From an uncultured Candidatus Saccharibacteria bacterium (lineage in GTDB: Bacteria; Patescibacteriota; Minisyncoccia; Phycocordibacterales; UBA9973), in the NCBI GenBank assembly GCA_964527185.1, contig CAZGOI010000002.1, forward strand, positions 197,532 to 261,531: a DNA stretch of 64,000 bases, in the 5' to 3' direction. The notes under the pieces are model-generated. The model searched no databases and was not told the DNA's origin. It saw only the letters and a list, made by a program, of their open reading frames with translations. A program made the translations under genes and the position numbers. Position 1 is the stretch's first letter. Each line of letters opens with the position of its first letter. Below are positions 10,625 to 20,673 of the stretch, in pieces.

Positions 10625-10970
10625 ATTCTATTACTACCATCTTGCTCGCATCACCTGCGCGTCGTGGTAACTTTATAATACGGGTATAGCCACCTTTGCG
10701 GTCTTTATATTTTGGAGCAATTGTTTTAATAAGTTTCGATGACGGAGTTTTGAGGTTGTAGAGCTTGGCTGTCACTAAACGAGTCGATGAAAGCGTGCCG
10801 ACGTTTGCCTTGGTTATTAATTTTTCAATCGCTGGGCGAAGTTCTTTTGCCTTGGCTTCGGTCGTTTCTATTCTGCCGTGTGAAATGAGCGACAAGATCA
10901 ACCCCCTCAAGAGAGCGGTTCTGGCATTTTTCTTTCTTCCAAATTTTCTAACATTGCTGTGGTGTCGCAT
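10617..10970 (-). CDS. rplQ: 50S ribosomal protein L17
   Basis: 'MRHHSNVRKFGRKKNARTALLRGL...HGRIETT'. Confidence 0.9.
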   Translation of the reverse strand: MRHHSNVRKFGRKKNARTALLRGLILSLISHGRIETTEAKAKELRPAIEKLITKANVGTLSSTRLVTAKLYNLKTPSSKLIKTIAPKYKDRKGGYTRIIKLPRRAGDASKMVVIEFV

Positions 10971-10976
10971 AAAATA

Positions 10977-11975
10977 TTATTCCTTTAATGTTATACCAAA
11001 ATTACCAAGGACTTTTTTAATTTCCTGAATTCCTTTTTCGCCTATACCTTCGATCTCGAGCAGGTCTTCTTTTTTCTTGCGAGCGACGCCACCGATGGTG
11101 CGAATATTTGCGCCAGTTAGAGCGTTCAACGTGCGGGTCGAGAGGTCGAGGGTATCAATACGGGTTTTTAAAATGTCTGTGATCTCGCTGCTTGAGCTTA
11201 TAGATTCTTTTCTTTCTTCTTTTGGATCGTCAGCCATCTGCGCCATATTTACACGCGATGAAACAGTGAAGCCGACGATGGCTTGCAACTGTTCTACCAT
11301 AGTTGTGATAGCTTTTTCAAGAGCTTCGTGTGGAGAGAGTGTTCCATCTGTCTCAATCGTCATGCGGAGGCGATTGTGGTTGGTCTTGTCGCCGACACGC
11401 ATATTTTCGACTTCGTATGAAACGCGACGGATAGGAGTGAAGATAGCGTCAACGGCAATTTTACCAACTTCATTTTTTTCTTTTTGGTGTAAATCTTTTG
11501 GAACAAAGCCGAGGCCTTTCTCGACTATCATTTCAATAGAAAAATTATTTTTACCGGTCACTTCGGCGATGTGCAAATCTTTGTTTAGGACTTCGACTTG
11601 GCCACCAGCTTCGATATCGCCTGCTTTCACTTCTTTTGGGCCTTTGATCGAGAGTTTTACAATCTGCTGTTCGTCAGTCGACAAGCGGAACCTGACTTGT
11701 TTCAAATGAAGAAGAATCGTGATGACATCTTCTTTGACTCCGTCGAGGACAGAGAATTCATGATCGGCGCCGTCGATCTTGAGCGATGTGATGGCAGCCC
11801 CTGGGAGCGACGATAGTATGATGCGACGAAGCGAGTTACCGAGCGTATGACCGTAGCCTGGATAGAGCCCGTCGATCTCATAGACACCCTTGGTGTCGGT
11901 TTCAGAGACGATAGATAATTTTGATGGTAATAAAATATTTAGGTCAGACATATTTATATATTTTGAGAGCGCCAA
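10977..11975 (-). CDS. rpoA: DNA-directed RNA polymerase alpha subunit
   Basis: 'PGYGHTLGNSLRRILLSS'-type N-terminal domain; C-terminal domain with 'LDLSTRTLNAL'. Confidence 0.95.
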   Translation of the reverse strand: MALSKYINMSDLNILLPSKLSIVSETDTKGVYEIDGLYPGYGHTLGNSLRRIILSSLPGAAITSLKIDGADHEFSVLDGVKEDVITILLHLKQVRFRLSTDEQQIVKLSIKGPKEVKAGDIEAGGQVEVLNKDLHIAEVTGKNNFSIEMIVEKGLGFVPKDLHQKEKNEVGKIAVDAIFTPIRRVSYEVENMRVGDKTNHNRLRMTIETDGTLSPHEALEKAITTMVEQLQAIVGFTVSSRVNMAQMADDPKEERKESISSSSEITDILKTRIDTLDLSTRTLNALTGANIRTIGGVARKKKEDLLEIEGIGEKGIQEIKKVLGNFGITLKE

Positions 11976-12027
11976 GCTCTCGTTATCTTATTAAAAAATA
12001 GAACCTCAAATTTACTAATAATAAAAA

Positions 12028-12636
12028 CTAACGACTATAGAATTCGAGCACGGTGTTAAGGTCAAGGAAACCTTCGACGTTCTTCGGCTTGCCTTCCACC
12101 TTACCTTCTAATTTATCGACATCAAATTTAAGCCAGTTCGGCAGGGTGTATTCCTTCAATTTTTTTGCCATATCTGCAAACAGCGGGCTTTTCTTACTAC
12201 CTTCTCGGACAGCAACAGTGTCGCCTACTTTTACTTGGGCCGAGGCAACTGTCGTTTTTTTACCATTCAAAGTGATGTGGCCATGCGAGACGAGCTGACG
12301 AGCAAGTCTGCGTGTGTGGGCAATGCCGAAGCGATAGACGATGTTGTCGAGTCTTGATTCAAGAATTTCATAAAGTTGTTCGGTCGCCAGGGTGCCTTTG
12401 TGCCCTGAAGCTTGCTTAACATAATTTGAAAATTGCCCTTCGCTTAGACCATACATAAGACGAACTTTTTGTTTTTCTATAAATTGCAAGCCGTATCCAG
12501 AGAGAATTTTTGGCCTCTTGTTTTTTGAATTCTTGGCGTGACGAGCCTCGGACATGACAAACTTGGCGTTTTGACATTTCTCAAATACACCTGGGCCTAG
12601 ACGTCTGCAAATTTTATATTTTTGGACTGTTTTCAT
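12028..12636 (-). CDS. rpsD: 30S ribosomal protein S4
   Basis: 'KICRRLGPGVFEKC' zinc-ribbon N-terminus; S4 domain. Confidence 0.9.
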   Translation of the reverse strand: MKTVQKYKICRRLGPGVFEKCQNAKFVMSEARHAKNSKNKRPKILSGYGLQFIEKQKVRLMYGLSEGQFSNYVKQASGHKGTLATEQLYEILESRLDNIVYRFGIAHTRRLARQLVSHGHITLNGKKTTVASAQVKVGDTVAVREGSKKSPLFADMAKKLKEYTLPNWLKFDVDKLEGKVEGKPKNVEGFLDLNTVLEFYSR

Positions 12637-12654
12637 AATTTTAATTTAAAAATT

Positions 12655-13095
12655 TTATACTCGGCGTGGTTTTTTAGGTTTTGGGCCGTTGTGCGGAACC
12701 GGGGTCATGTCGCGGATGCTCGAGATGTCGATATCATAGGCCATAAATGCTCTGATGGTCGGCTCACGGCCACTGCCAACGCCTTTAACTTTTACATCTA
12801 CATCTTTGATACCTAGTTCTTTTGCTTTCTCACCGATCACTTGGCCAGCTTTGGAAGCGGCAAATGGTGTGCCCTTCTTGGCGCCCTTGAAACCAAGAGC
12901 TCCGGCTGAAGTTGAAAATATTGCATTGCCTTCTTTGTCTGAAAGGACTACTTTGGTGTTATTGAATGTCGCTTCAACGTGAAGAGTCCCAGAAATTATC
13001 TTTTTCTTTGGAATCTTTACGCTAGGTTTTTGAGTTTCAGCCTGACCCTCTTCAGCCTTGGTTTCGTCTTTAGTTATGATTTTTACTTTTCCCAT
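12655..13095 (-). CDS. rpsK: 30S ribosomal protein S11 (with a Lys-rich N-terminal extension)
   Basis: 'GTLHVEATFNNTKVVLSDKEGNAIFSTSAGALGFKGAKKGTPFAA'. Confidence 0.9.
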   Translation of the reverse strand: MGKVKIITKDETKAEEGQAETQKPSVKIPKKKIISGTLHVEATFNNTKVVLSDKEGNAIFSTSAGALGFKGAKKGTPFAASKAGQVIGEKAKELGIKDVDVKVKGVGSGREPTIRAFMAYDIDISSIRDMTPVPHNGPKPKKPRRV

Positions 13096-13104
13096 TTTTA
13101 AAAA

Positions 13105-13485
13105 TTATGTCTTACTCTCCTTTCGACGACCCGAAGCCATGGTCTTGCGAACGTTACCGCGAACTGTACGCGAATTTGTTTTGGTTCGCTGACCTCGAAC
13201 TGGCAATCTGCGCATGTGGCGCAGGCCGCGGTATGCTTTGATGTCTTTCAATCTTTTAATATTGGCAGCGACTTCACGCTTGAGAGTGCCTTCGATCGGC
13301 ATTGTTTCAATTATTTTTCTTATTGTGTTTTCTTGGTCGACTGTCAGTGTGTCGGCTTTGATCATTGGGTCGATTTTGGCTTGGCCTAGTATATATTTGG
13401 CGCGAGAAGTACCGATCCCGTAAATAGACGTGAGACCGATGTAGAGGTGTTTGTTGTTTGGAATAGTTATGCCGAGAATTCTCAT
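13105..13485 (-). CDS. rpsM: 30S ribosomal protein S13
   Basis: 'MRILGITIPNNKHLYIGLTSIYGIG'. Confidence 0.9.
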   Translation of the reverse strand: MRILGITIPNNKHLYIGLTSIYGIGTSRAKYILGQAKIDPMIKADTLTVDQENTIRKIIETMPIEGTLKREVAANIKRLKDIKAYRGLRHMRRLPVRGQRTKTNSRTVRGNVRKTMASGRRKESKT

Positions 13486-13494
13486 TTCAAAAAA

Positions 13495-13605
13495 TTATTG
13501 CTTTTGCTTATGTTTAGGATTTGAACAAATAACTCTAAGGTGACCAGCGCGTTTGACCAGTTTGCATTTCGCACAGATTTTTTTAACGGCTGATTTTATC
13601 TTCAT
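13495..13605 (-). CDS. rpmJ: 50S ribosomal protein L36 (36 aa; absent from the supplied ORF track)
   Basis: Hand translation of the minus strand gives [36 protein letters not shown] with the C-x2-C...C-x4-H zinc-ribbon pattern; it sits between rpsM and infA as expected. Confidence 0.85.
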   Translation of the reverse strand: MKIKSAVKKICAKCKLVKRAGHLRVICSNPKHKQKQ

Positions 13606-13708
13606 AGACTCCACATAACGCGAAAGAAAAATATCGGGTTCTTACCCTCTATTTTCCGTAAAACGTATGTCTCGATATACTACACTAGAGCCCAAAAAAA
13701 CGCAAGCC

Positions 13709-13924
13709 CTAGCCCCTTTTTATGATGCGGCCCTTGCCTCCATATGGGTCAAGCAGAACTTCTACTTTGTCCCCGACTAGAACTTTGATGCGATTCATGC
13801 GCATTTTGCCTGAAAGATATGAGATTATGACCTTGTCATCGCCGGTATCAACGCGAAATAGCGTGTTTGGCAAAGCTTCGATGACTGTACCAGTTACTGT
13901 ATTGATTTCTCCATTTTGGTTCAT
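13709..13924 (-). CDS. infA: translation initiation factor IF-1
   Basis: S1-like fold 'GTVIEALPNTLFRVDTGDDKVIISYLSGKMRMNRIKVLVGDKVEVLLDPY'. Confidence 0.85.
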   Translation of the reverse strand: MNQNGEINTVTGTVIEALPNTLFRVDTGDDKVIISYLSGKMRMNRIKVLVGDKVEVLLDPYGGKGRIIKRG

Positions 13925-13980
13925 TAGCTGAGATACATTATAGCAGAAAACGGAGATTAAGAAAATTAAGGTAGTAAATT

Positions 13981-15330
13981 TTATTCAATATTGATTTTTA
14001 TTTTAGATGAATCACCAGGCAAGTAGATTTGCCACGGAGGGAATATTTTTGCCGAAGCGTAATCTATGCCTGGGTCTTGTTTGAAAATTCTACCGAGGTC
14101 GTATTTAGGGACTCCGACTAGGCTATTTTTTAATTTCTTTGTGTCTTGTTGCCAAATAAAACCAACATTGCCCGTTAAATCAAAAGGAAACGAAGTCACA
14201 TCTTTGGTGATAGATTGGTTAGCGCTGGCGAAACTGAATGCTAGACTTTCAAGTGCTGGAATTTGTATTTCATTTTCTTCGATTGGAGTTATGTTTGGTA
14301 ATAATTTGTGGACCAGAGCAGTCGACAGGTCGGTTTTCTTTATTATAAATAAAGAGATCGAGCCGTCGATTGGTACTTTGGCATCGGATGTTTTAGATAA
14401 AATATTGTCTGGAATTTTGTATGAGAATGTAAAAGCGCTCGGGTAGAATATATAGCCATCTGGAACTTCTGCATCTGCTTTTTTTAATAAATTGCTTTTG
14501 AAGACAGATTCAGCTTGGGCGTTTAGCATACCAATGTTCTCTGGGGTTGGCTTATAGACTGTGCCTTGGGCCCCACCAGAGAGCGGAGTTTTGAGCGTGC
14601 CATATATTTTACCAGCCTTGGCTGTGCCTTTGAATAAATTAATCGAAAAATTACTTGGTGAACCATTGTATGCATCGCCAGCTAAAAATGACGTTATGCC
14701 AATCGAAGTTTGACCAGGAATAATTTTACCATTTGAAGTCGTGTATCCAGGTATCGTGACGGCCTTGTCTAACTGGTAGGCTTTGCCTGATTGGTCAGAA
14801 ACAAAAGTGTGCCAGGCTAAATTTTGCGATTTTGTACTGTAAGAATTGAAAAGTGTTATCTCGCCGGTTGCTTTAGTCGAAACATCTACTGAATTAGTAA
14901 AAGTCGAATCTATTGTTTCTGTGTCTTCAACTATCATGAGTTCAGAATGTATCGGCGCCCCTGGCGATAAGCCAGCGGTAAAAGTTTCTTGATTAATTGG
15001 CATGTTTGTAGTTTTTTCCTTTATTGTAATTTTTGTAGTCTCATAGTAATTAGCAATAAAATAAATAGCGGCGAGTAACATCGCAATGATGAGTAACCAC
15101 ATAAAAGACCTTCGAACAGCAGTCTGGTCTTTTTTTATTTTTGGGACGCCGCCGAGTTTATGATCTTTGTCTCGCATGCTGACAGAATTTGTTTTCATTA
15201 GATCATCTCTGTTTTGTAAATTCACTCGAGTTGTTTTTTTGCCACTAGCGCGAGCAACGATATCACTGCGAGATATCTCGGTGATTTTAACGCCTTTTGA
15301 TTTTATATCCTCAAGAATTTTTTTTGGCAT
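13981..15330 (-). CDS. hypothetical bitopic membrane protein (about 80-aa basic cytoplasmic N-terminus, one TM, about 350-aa ectodomain)
   Basis: Single TM 'WLLIIAMLLAAIYFIANYY'; no recognisable catalytic motif. Confidence 0.4.
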   Translation of the reverse strand: MPKKILEDIKSKGVKITEISRSDIVARASGKKTTRVNLQNRDDLMKTNSVSMRDKDHKLGGVPKIKKDQTAVRRSFMWLLIIAMLLAAIYFIANYYETTKITIKEKTTNMPINQETFTAGLSPGAPIHSELMIVEDTETIDSTFTNSVDVSTKATGEITLFNSYSTKSQNLAWHTFVSDQSGKAYQLDKAVTIPGYTTSNGKIIPGQTSIGITSFLAGDAYNGSPSNFSINLFKGTAKAGKIYGTLKTPLSGGAQGTVYKPTPENIGMLNAQAESVFKSNLLKKADAEVPDGYIFYPSAFTFSYKIPDNILSKTSDAKVPIDGSISLFIIKKTDLSTALVHKLLPNITPIEENEIQIPALESLAFSFASANQSITKDVTSFPFDLTGNVGFIWQQDTKKLKNSLVGVPKYDLGRIFKQDPGIDYASAKIFPPWQIYLPGDSSKIKINIE

Positions 15331-15338
15331 ACTTATTT

Positions 15339-16517
15339 TTAATTCCTTCGTCTAATACCTATTGCTTCGATCATCAAAAATGGATCACAGGTACCGTCTT
15401 TGACGCTACACATATTTAAAAATTCTGGACCCTCGAGGGTGACGGTCGTACATTTGTGTTCGGTTACTATCGATTTTATATATTCGTCGTTGCAAACAGC
15501 TTTGACAAACCAGTCGCGAATATCGAGGTCGGCGGTTACAAATATAGTGCCGGGCAGTGTCAGGGTGTGCGGCAATGTCCCGATGCAAGCTCTGAATGCT
15601 TCGCCCCAAGAATTTTCTATAGATTGGAATAGCGGTTCGACTTTTTTTAATTTTCGCTCGGCCAGTGCCCCGGTGCTGTAGAGGTTGAAGAGTTCGACGG
15701 CATCGCGGTACTCGATCTCGAGCTTGGTACACATGTATTTAAAGAAAGTATTTTTGCCGAATGGAAAAGATAGCGAGGCTTTGAGAATGCCCTTGGTTAT
15801 GATCGAGACATCGGTAACTTCGCCGCCAATATCAAGCAGAAGATATGAATCTGGTGTTACATATTTTTCACGAACAGCCAGATAAGAACAAAGCGTGAAT
15901 GAAGCAAATGAGATCGGCGTGTGGTGGTAGGAATCTGAAATAGTTTTTCGAATTTTGTCGAGACAAACTTTTGGCGAGAGCGAGATGGCCATGTGCATTT
16001 CGACCGAGCGGCTTTTCATGCCGAGAGGTTCATCTACTAGGTAGCCGTTGAGCGAGACCCCCATGATGTGGTGCTCGATAACTTCGGGTGAGCTTTTGGC
16101 GCTGCCATACTTTTTCTCATATTCCGCGTTGAGAGCTTTGATCTCGCTTTCGAGCATTTCATCGGCCAGTTTGCTAGTGAAAAAAAATGAATGCTCGTGA
16201 ACCATTTTTATAATACGAGTTTCAGACAGATACCAAGGTGAGGCCAGGACACAGACTATCTCATCTGGCGCGCCGACTTTAGAGTTGTATATCGCCTCGG
16301 ATGTTTCCTTTAGAGCTTTTATCATGTCATTTAGAAAGACAGAAAAATTGAGTTCGTCGTGAAAAGAGATATCGACCCTCGATGATTTTATTATAGTCGG
16401 AACACTTTTTTCACCCTGCGGCATGCGAACTATGGCCCCACCGACTGACCCCGAGCCAATATCAAAAACCGCTACAATTTTTTCTTTTTTACTTTTCCCA
16501 CCAAGACCAAATGACAT
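15339..16517 (-). CDS. actin-fold (ASKHA) ATPase, FtsA/PilM-like
   Basis: Phosphate-1 motif 'VAVFDIGSGSVGGAIV' at the N-terminus and a second 'LLDIGGEVTDVSII' motif; 392 aa. The canonical ftsA is elsewhere (32083). Confidence 0.5.
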   Translation of the reverse strand: MSFGLGGKSKKEKIVAVFDIGSGSVGGAIVRMPQGEKSVPTIIKSSRVDISFHDELNFSVFLNDMIKALKETSEAIYNSKVGAPDEIVCVLASPWYLSETRIIKMVHEHSFFFTSKLADEMLESEIKALNAEYEKKYGSAKSSPEVIEHHIMGVSLNGYLVDEPLGMKSRSVEMHMAISLSPKVCLDKIRKTISDSYHHTPISFASFTLCSYLAVREKYVTPDSYLLLDIGGEVTDVSIITKGILKASLSFPFGKNTFFKYMCTKLEIEYRDAVELFNLYSTGALAERKLKKVEPLFQSIENSWGEAFRACIGTLPHTLTLPGTIFVTADLDIRDWFVKAVCNDEYIKSIVTEHKCTTVTLEGPEFLNMCSVKDGTCDPFLMIEAIGIRRRN

Positions 16518-16559
16518 GAGTATATTATACTATAGAATATTGTTGTATTCTATTTTGAG

Positions 16560-18206
16560 CTATTCAAGTATTGCCTTGATTCGGCGAATACCTTGCGCGA
16601 CGGCCTCTTCTTTTGTGATTTTAAACGGACCATGATCCCTCGGCTTTGCTCGGGATGAAGAATCTAGCTCCGCAGTATTCTTCACATGTGGGCCACCACA
16701 GAATTCTTTTGATATTGCGTTACCATTTTTATCTTCTATAAAATAAACAGAAACAATTTCCGGGTATTTTGTGCCAAATTCCATTTCGGCTCCAATTTTT
16801 TCTGCCTCTGCTAGCGGCATTTCTCGGCGGGTAACATCGAGGCCGAGGGCAATTTTGTCATTGACCCAGTCTTCTACTTTTTTCTTTTCCTCATCGGTAA
16901 GTTTATGGTCGCAAAGAAAGTCTATTCGTAACCTTTCTTCGTTTATATTGCTCCCCCGCTGTTTTATATTTTTATCTACAACATTCTGAAGCGCGGCGAG
17001 CAACAAATGGTGCGCGGTGTGCAACCGAATTGTTTTTGGGTCATGGTTAGCAAGACCACCCTTGAACATACCAGCAGACGAAGTCTGTGAGAGTTTCTGG
17101 TGTTCTGTCATCTTTTTATCGAAGTTTTCTCGATCTATCTTTATTCCTTTTTCCTTTGCTAATTCCTCTGTTAACTCAACAGGAAAACCATAAGTTGTGG
17201 CAAGTATAAACGGGTCTGTGTCTTTTTCAAATTCTTTCATTCCCCTATCCAATGTCTCTCTAAATTTATTCTCTTCTTTTGCTATCTCACCATTGTCATC
17301 GAGTTTATAAACACCATTATATATAGACTTAATTCTATTGGCAGTTTCAACGAGTGGTACTTTTGAAAATCTAACTACTCGGCGAATCAAACGCCTCAAT
17401 ATATACCCAGCACCAGTATTTGAAGGAGTAACTCCATCTGAAATCATAAATAGTGATGCTTTTATATGGTCACTAACTATTCTCTCTTCTTTTGTTTTTT
17501 CTCCATTAAACAAATCTGTTTCATAGACATTATTTTTCTTTTGTACTTGCACAAGTAATCGCTCTAGTCCCATACCGGTATCGATTCCTTTGACTTCAAG
17601 CGGAGAATAACTACCATCTTTTGTTTTGTAGTATTCATTAAAAACTATATTCCATATTTCAACGTCGTTAATATATATCTCAGTTGTCGGGCCACATGGA
17701 CCTTCGTCACCTGTTGGACCCCAGAAATTATCTTCTTTCTTGTGTTCAACGATTTTTATATTTGGGTCGATGGTCTGCCAAATCTTGCGAGATTCTTTAT
17801 CTTCAGGAACTCCACTTTCATCGTCTTTAAATATAGAGACGTGGCTTATAGACAGCCCGAGTTCTTTTGTAATAAATTCATACGCGTACTGTATTGCTTC
17901 CTTTTTCCAATATCCGCCGAAAGAAAAGTTGCCCAGCATTTCAAAAAATGTCAGATGGGTATCATCGCCAACTTCATCGATGTCGCCAGTGCGGATACAT
18001 TTTTGCACTGTGACTACATTTTTAGTCTCAAAGTCAGTCATACTATCTTTTGCCCCAGTATAGTATGGCTTGAATTGTTGCATACCAGCAGTTGTAAAGA
18101 GCACAGACGTATCGCCCTCTGGAACAAGGGATGATGATGGTAATATTTTATGATTTTTTGATTCAAAAAATTTTAGGAATTTCTGTCTAACTTCTTCGCT
18201 TTGCAT
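16560..18206 (-). CDS. alaS: alanyl-tRNA synthetase, compact form (catalytic plus editing domains only)
   Basis: N-terminal 'FLKFFESKNHKILPSSSLVPEGDTSVLFTTAGMQQFK'; editing-domain 'HTAHHLL' and 'CGGPHV' motifs; only 548 aa. Confidence 0.85.
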   Translation of the reverse strand: MQSEEVRQKFLKFFESKNHKILPSSSLVPEGDTSVLFTTAGMQQFKPYYTGAKDSMTDFETKNVVTVQKCIRTGDIDEVGDDTHLTFFEMLGNFSFGGYWKKEAIQYAYEFITKELGLSISHVSIFKDDESGVPEDKESRKIWQTIDPNIKIVEHKKEDNFWGPTGDEGPCGPTTEIYINDVEIWNIVFNEYYKTKDGSYSPLEVKGIDTGMGLERLLVQVQKKNNVYETDLFNGEKTKEERIVSDHIKASLFMISDGVTPSNTGAGYILRRLIRRVVRFSKVPLVETANRIKSIYNGVYKLDDNGEIAKEENKFRETLDRGMKEFEKDTDPFILATTYGFPVELTEELAKEKGIKIDRENFDKKMTEHQKLSQTSSAGMFKGGLANHDPKTIRLHTAHHLLLAALQNVVDKNIKQRGSNINEERLRIDFLCDHKLTDEEKKKVEDWVNDKIALGLDVTRREMPLAEAEKIGAEMEFGTKYPEIVSVYFIEDKNGNAISKEFCGGPHVKNTAELDSSSRAKPRDHGPFKITKEEAVAQGIRRIKAILE

Positions 18207-18215
18207 ACATTTATT

Positions 18216-18704
18216 TTAATTTTGATTCATCTCTTCATTATTTGAATTTTTGAAGAGTTTGCTTCGTCTCAACGCTTCTTCGGCAAACCAAAGTATGGTG
18301 AAAACAAAAATTGTAAGGATGCTCGCAATGAATGCAAGCTTGAATAACCCGAAACCGGAAGCCATGCCGATACCAGCGCAGACCCAAAGGCCAGTGGCAG
18401 TTGTTAAGCCAAAAAGTTTTGAATCTTTGGAAAATATTAGACCGGTACCGATGAACCCAACGCCGAGGACGATCTGCGAGACAATCATGATGGGGTTTAA
18501 CCCTGGGAAATTTGAATAAGTCGAGACCATGAAGCTTGAAATGATAACAAACAAAGCCGAGCCCATAGAAACTAGGGCATATGTGCGCATCCCGGCAGTT
18601 TTGTGTGCCCAGACGCGTTCGGTACCGATGAGCATACCCAAAATAAGCGCAATCCCTAGGCGAGTTACAATTTCTAAAGTTACTGGGTCAAATATATTTT
18701 GCAT
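18216..18704 (-). CDS. MgtC/SapB family membrane protein
   Basis: 'LEIVTRLGIALILGMLIGTERVWAHKTAGMRTYALVSMGSALF'; start assumed at 'MQNIFD' (the longer ORF overlaps mnmA). Confidence 0.7.
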   Translation of the reverse strand: MQNIFDPVTLEIVTRLGIALILGMLIGTERVWAHKTAGMRTYALVSMGSALFVIISSFMVSTYSNFPGLNPIMIVSQIVLGVGFIGTGLIFSKDSKLFGLTTATGLWVCAGIGMASGFGLFKLAFIASILTIFVFTILWFAEEALRRSKLFKNSNNEEMNQN

Positions 18705-18727
18705 CGTGTCTGTATTATAGCAAACAT

Positions 18728-19828
18728 CTAGACGACTACGCCACCACCTATGCACACCTCTTTGTCATACAAGACGATAGATTGGCCGGGTGAGATTAGC
18801 GTTGGTTTTTTAAATACGATGCTTGCCTGACCTCTGCCTGCTTGTTTTATCGTGCAGGGTAAATTTTCACCGTGGTAACGAATATTTGCCATGTAGTTTT
18901 TATTTTCCTTCGGTAATCCCGATATCCAATTTGTATTTTTGATTGCGTAGCAAGAAAATGACGTTTTTGAATTTTTTGGTAACCCAACTTCTTGCGAAAC
19001 TATTATCGTATTCTTCTTAATATCTTTGGCGACGACATAGAACGGCCCATCCTTTTCTTTATTATTTATAATTGTAAAACCATGGCGCTCGCCAATTGTA
19101 AAAAATGTCGCGCCATCGTGGCGACCTATAACCTTGCCGAGAGTGTCTAACACATTCCCTTTTTTCGGTTTTATATAGTGCGAAAGAAAATCTTTCATAT
19201 CGAGCGGACCAAGGAAGCAGACCCCTTGGCTGTCTTTTTTTTCGGCTGTTGGCAAATTAAATTTTTTAGCAATTTTTCTAACTTGTATCTTTTTTAAATG
19301 ACCAATCGGAAAAAGCGTGTGCGATAGATCGTCTTGAGTTAGTGTCCAAAGAAAATATGATTGGTCTTTAGTTTTGTCATAGCTTCGTTTCATTAAAAAT
19401 AGCTTCTCTTTTAGGTCCTCTATAGCATAGTGACCAGTCGCTATATAGTCTGCGCCAAAAGATTTAGCAAACTTCCAAAAAACTCCAAATTTTATCTCGC
19501 GATTACACATCACATCTGGGTTTGGGGTATTGCCCTTCTTGTATTCCTTGATCATATACTTTGCAACACCATTTTTATATTCTTTCTCGGCGTTACATTC
19601 AAGAAATGGAATGTCGAGATGGGCGCAAACCCTCATAGCATCTCGGCGTTCATCGCGCCAGGTGCATTCTATAAAATCTGGTTGCCAGGTGCGAATAAAA
19701 ACACCGACGACATTGTAACCTTGGTTTTTCAATAACAGTGCCGAAACGGACGAATCGACCCCGCCTGAAATACCGACAAATACAGTTTTGTTTTTTAGTT
19801 TTTTTGCCACCTGGCAAATATACCACAA
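18728..19828 (-). CDS. mnmA: tRNA-specific 2-thiouridylase MnmA
   Basis: PP-loop 'VFVGISGGVDSSVSALLL'; catalytic Cys region 'SQGVCFLG'. Confidence 0.9.
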   Translation of the reverse strand: MWYICQVAKKLKNKTVFVGISGGVDSSVSALLLKNQGYNVVGVFIRTWQPDFIECTWRDERRDAMRVCAHLDIPFLECNAEKEYKNGVAKYMIKEYKKGNTPNPDVMCNREIKFGVFWKFAKSFGADYIATGHYAIEDLKEKLFLMKRSYDKTKDQSYFLWTLTQDDLSHTLFPIGHLKKIQVRKIAKKFNLPTAEKKDSQGVCFLGPLDMKDFLSHYIKPKKGNVLDTLGKVIGRHDGATFFTIGERHGFTIINNKEKDGPFYVVAKDIKKNTIIVSQEVGLPKNSKTSFSCYAIKNTNWISGLPKENKNYMANIRYHGENLPCTIKQAGRGQASIVFKKPTLISPGQSIVLYDKEVCIGGGVVV

Positions 19829-20670
19829 GGCAGCAGTCTGCCACCAGAGGTCTCGGCGATCGCGAGTTCGCCCGATTCGATACTACCAGAAAAATCTTTT
19901 GTCATATATTTTAAATTATTTTCATAAGTTATCGGCGAGTAACCAGCGGTGTAGCCATTTATGAGTATGAAAAGAGGTTTATCTGACATTATTTCTCTGC
20001 ACAAGTCTATCAAGACCAGAAAATCTTCTTCTATTTTCCAGAGCTCGTCTTTCGGGCCATGTCCGAAAGACGGCGGGTCCATGATTATAGCGTCGTACTT
20101 TCTACCTCTTTTTATTTCTCGTTTCAAAAAAGATATACAATCATCTACTATCCAGCGAATTTTTGCATCTGACATTTTTGACAGTTCGGCATTTTCACGC
20201 GCCCAGGCGACTGCCGTTTTTGAACCGTCGACGTGACAAACTTCGGCGCAAGCCCTGGCGCAAGCAAGTGTTGCCCCGCCGGTGTAGGCAAAAAGATTGA
20301 GGACCTTGATCGGCTCGGTATATGAATTTTTATTTTTTGAAATTAAATTGCTCATCCATTGCCAATTTTTTACCTGTTCTGGAAAGAGACCAGTGTGTTT
20401 GAACGAAGATGGTTTGATAGAAAATTGCAGATCGTCGATTTCTATAGCCCAGCGCTTTGGCAAACCAGGACGAACTAGCCATTTTGTGTTTTTGCCTTCC
20501 CTTTTGAACCTAAGATCGGCCTTGGCCCAAGAACTTTCTGGTAAACTCTTTTTCCATAGAGCTTCAGGATCGGGACGACGAAGGATATATGTGCCATAGC
20601 GCTCGAGTTTTTCATTGTCTCCCGAGTCGATCAATTCATAATCTTTTTGTTTTGTTAATTTTTCAATCAT
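19795..20670 (-). CDS. class I SAM-dependent RNA methyltransferase (RlmI/RlmK-like)
   Basis: 'VLNLFAYTGGATLACA' SAM motif I and 'IIMDPPSFGHG' motif IV. Confidence 0.7.
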   Translation of the reverse strand: MIEKLTKQKDYELIDSGDNEKLERYGTYILRRPDPEALWKKSLPESSWAKADLRFKREGKNTKWLVRPGLPKRWAIEIDDLQFSIKPSSFKHTGLFPEQVKNWQWMSNLISKNKNSYTEPIKVLNLFAYTGGATLACARACAEVCHVDGSKTAVAWARENAELSKMSDAKIRWIVDDCISFLKREIKRGRKYDAIIMDPPSFGHGPKDELWKIEEDFLVLIDLCREIMSDKPLFILINGYTAGYSPITYENNLKYMTKDFSGSIESGELAIAETSGGRLLPCGIFARWQKN

Positions 20671-20673
20671 GAT

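Noticed and set aside
18705-18755. 5' extension of the MgtC ORF to 18755
   Set aside because: The extension overlaps mnmA, and 'MQNIFD' gives a sensible N-terminus before TM1.
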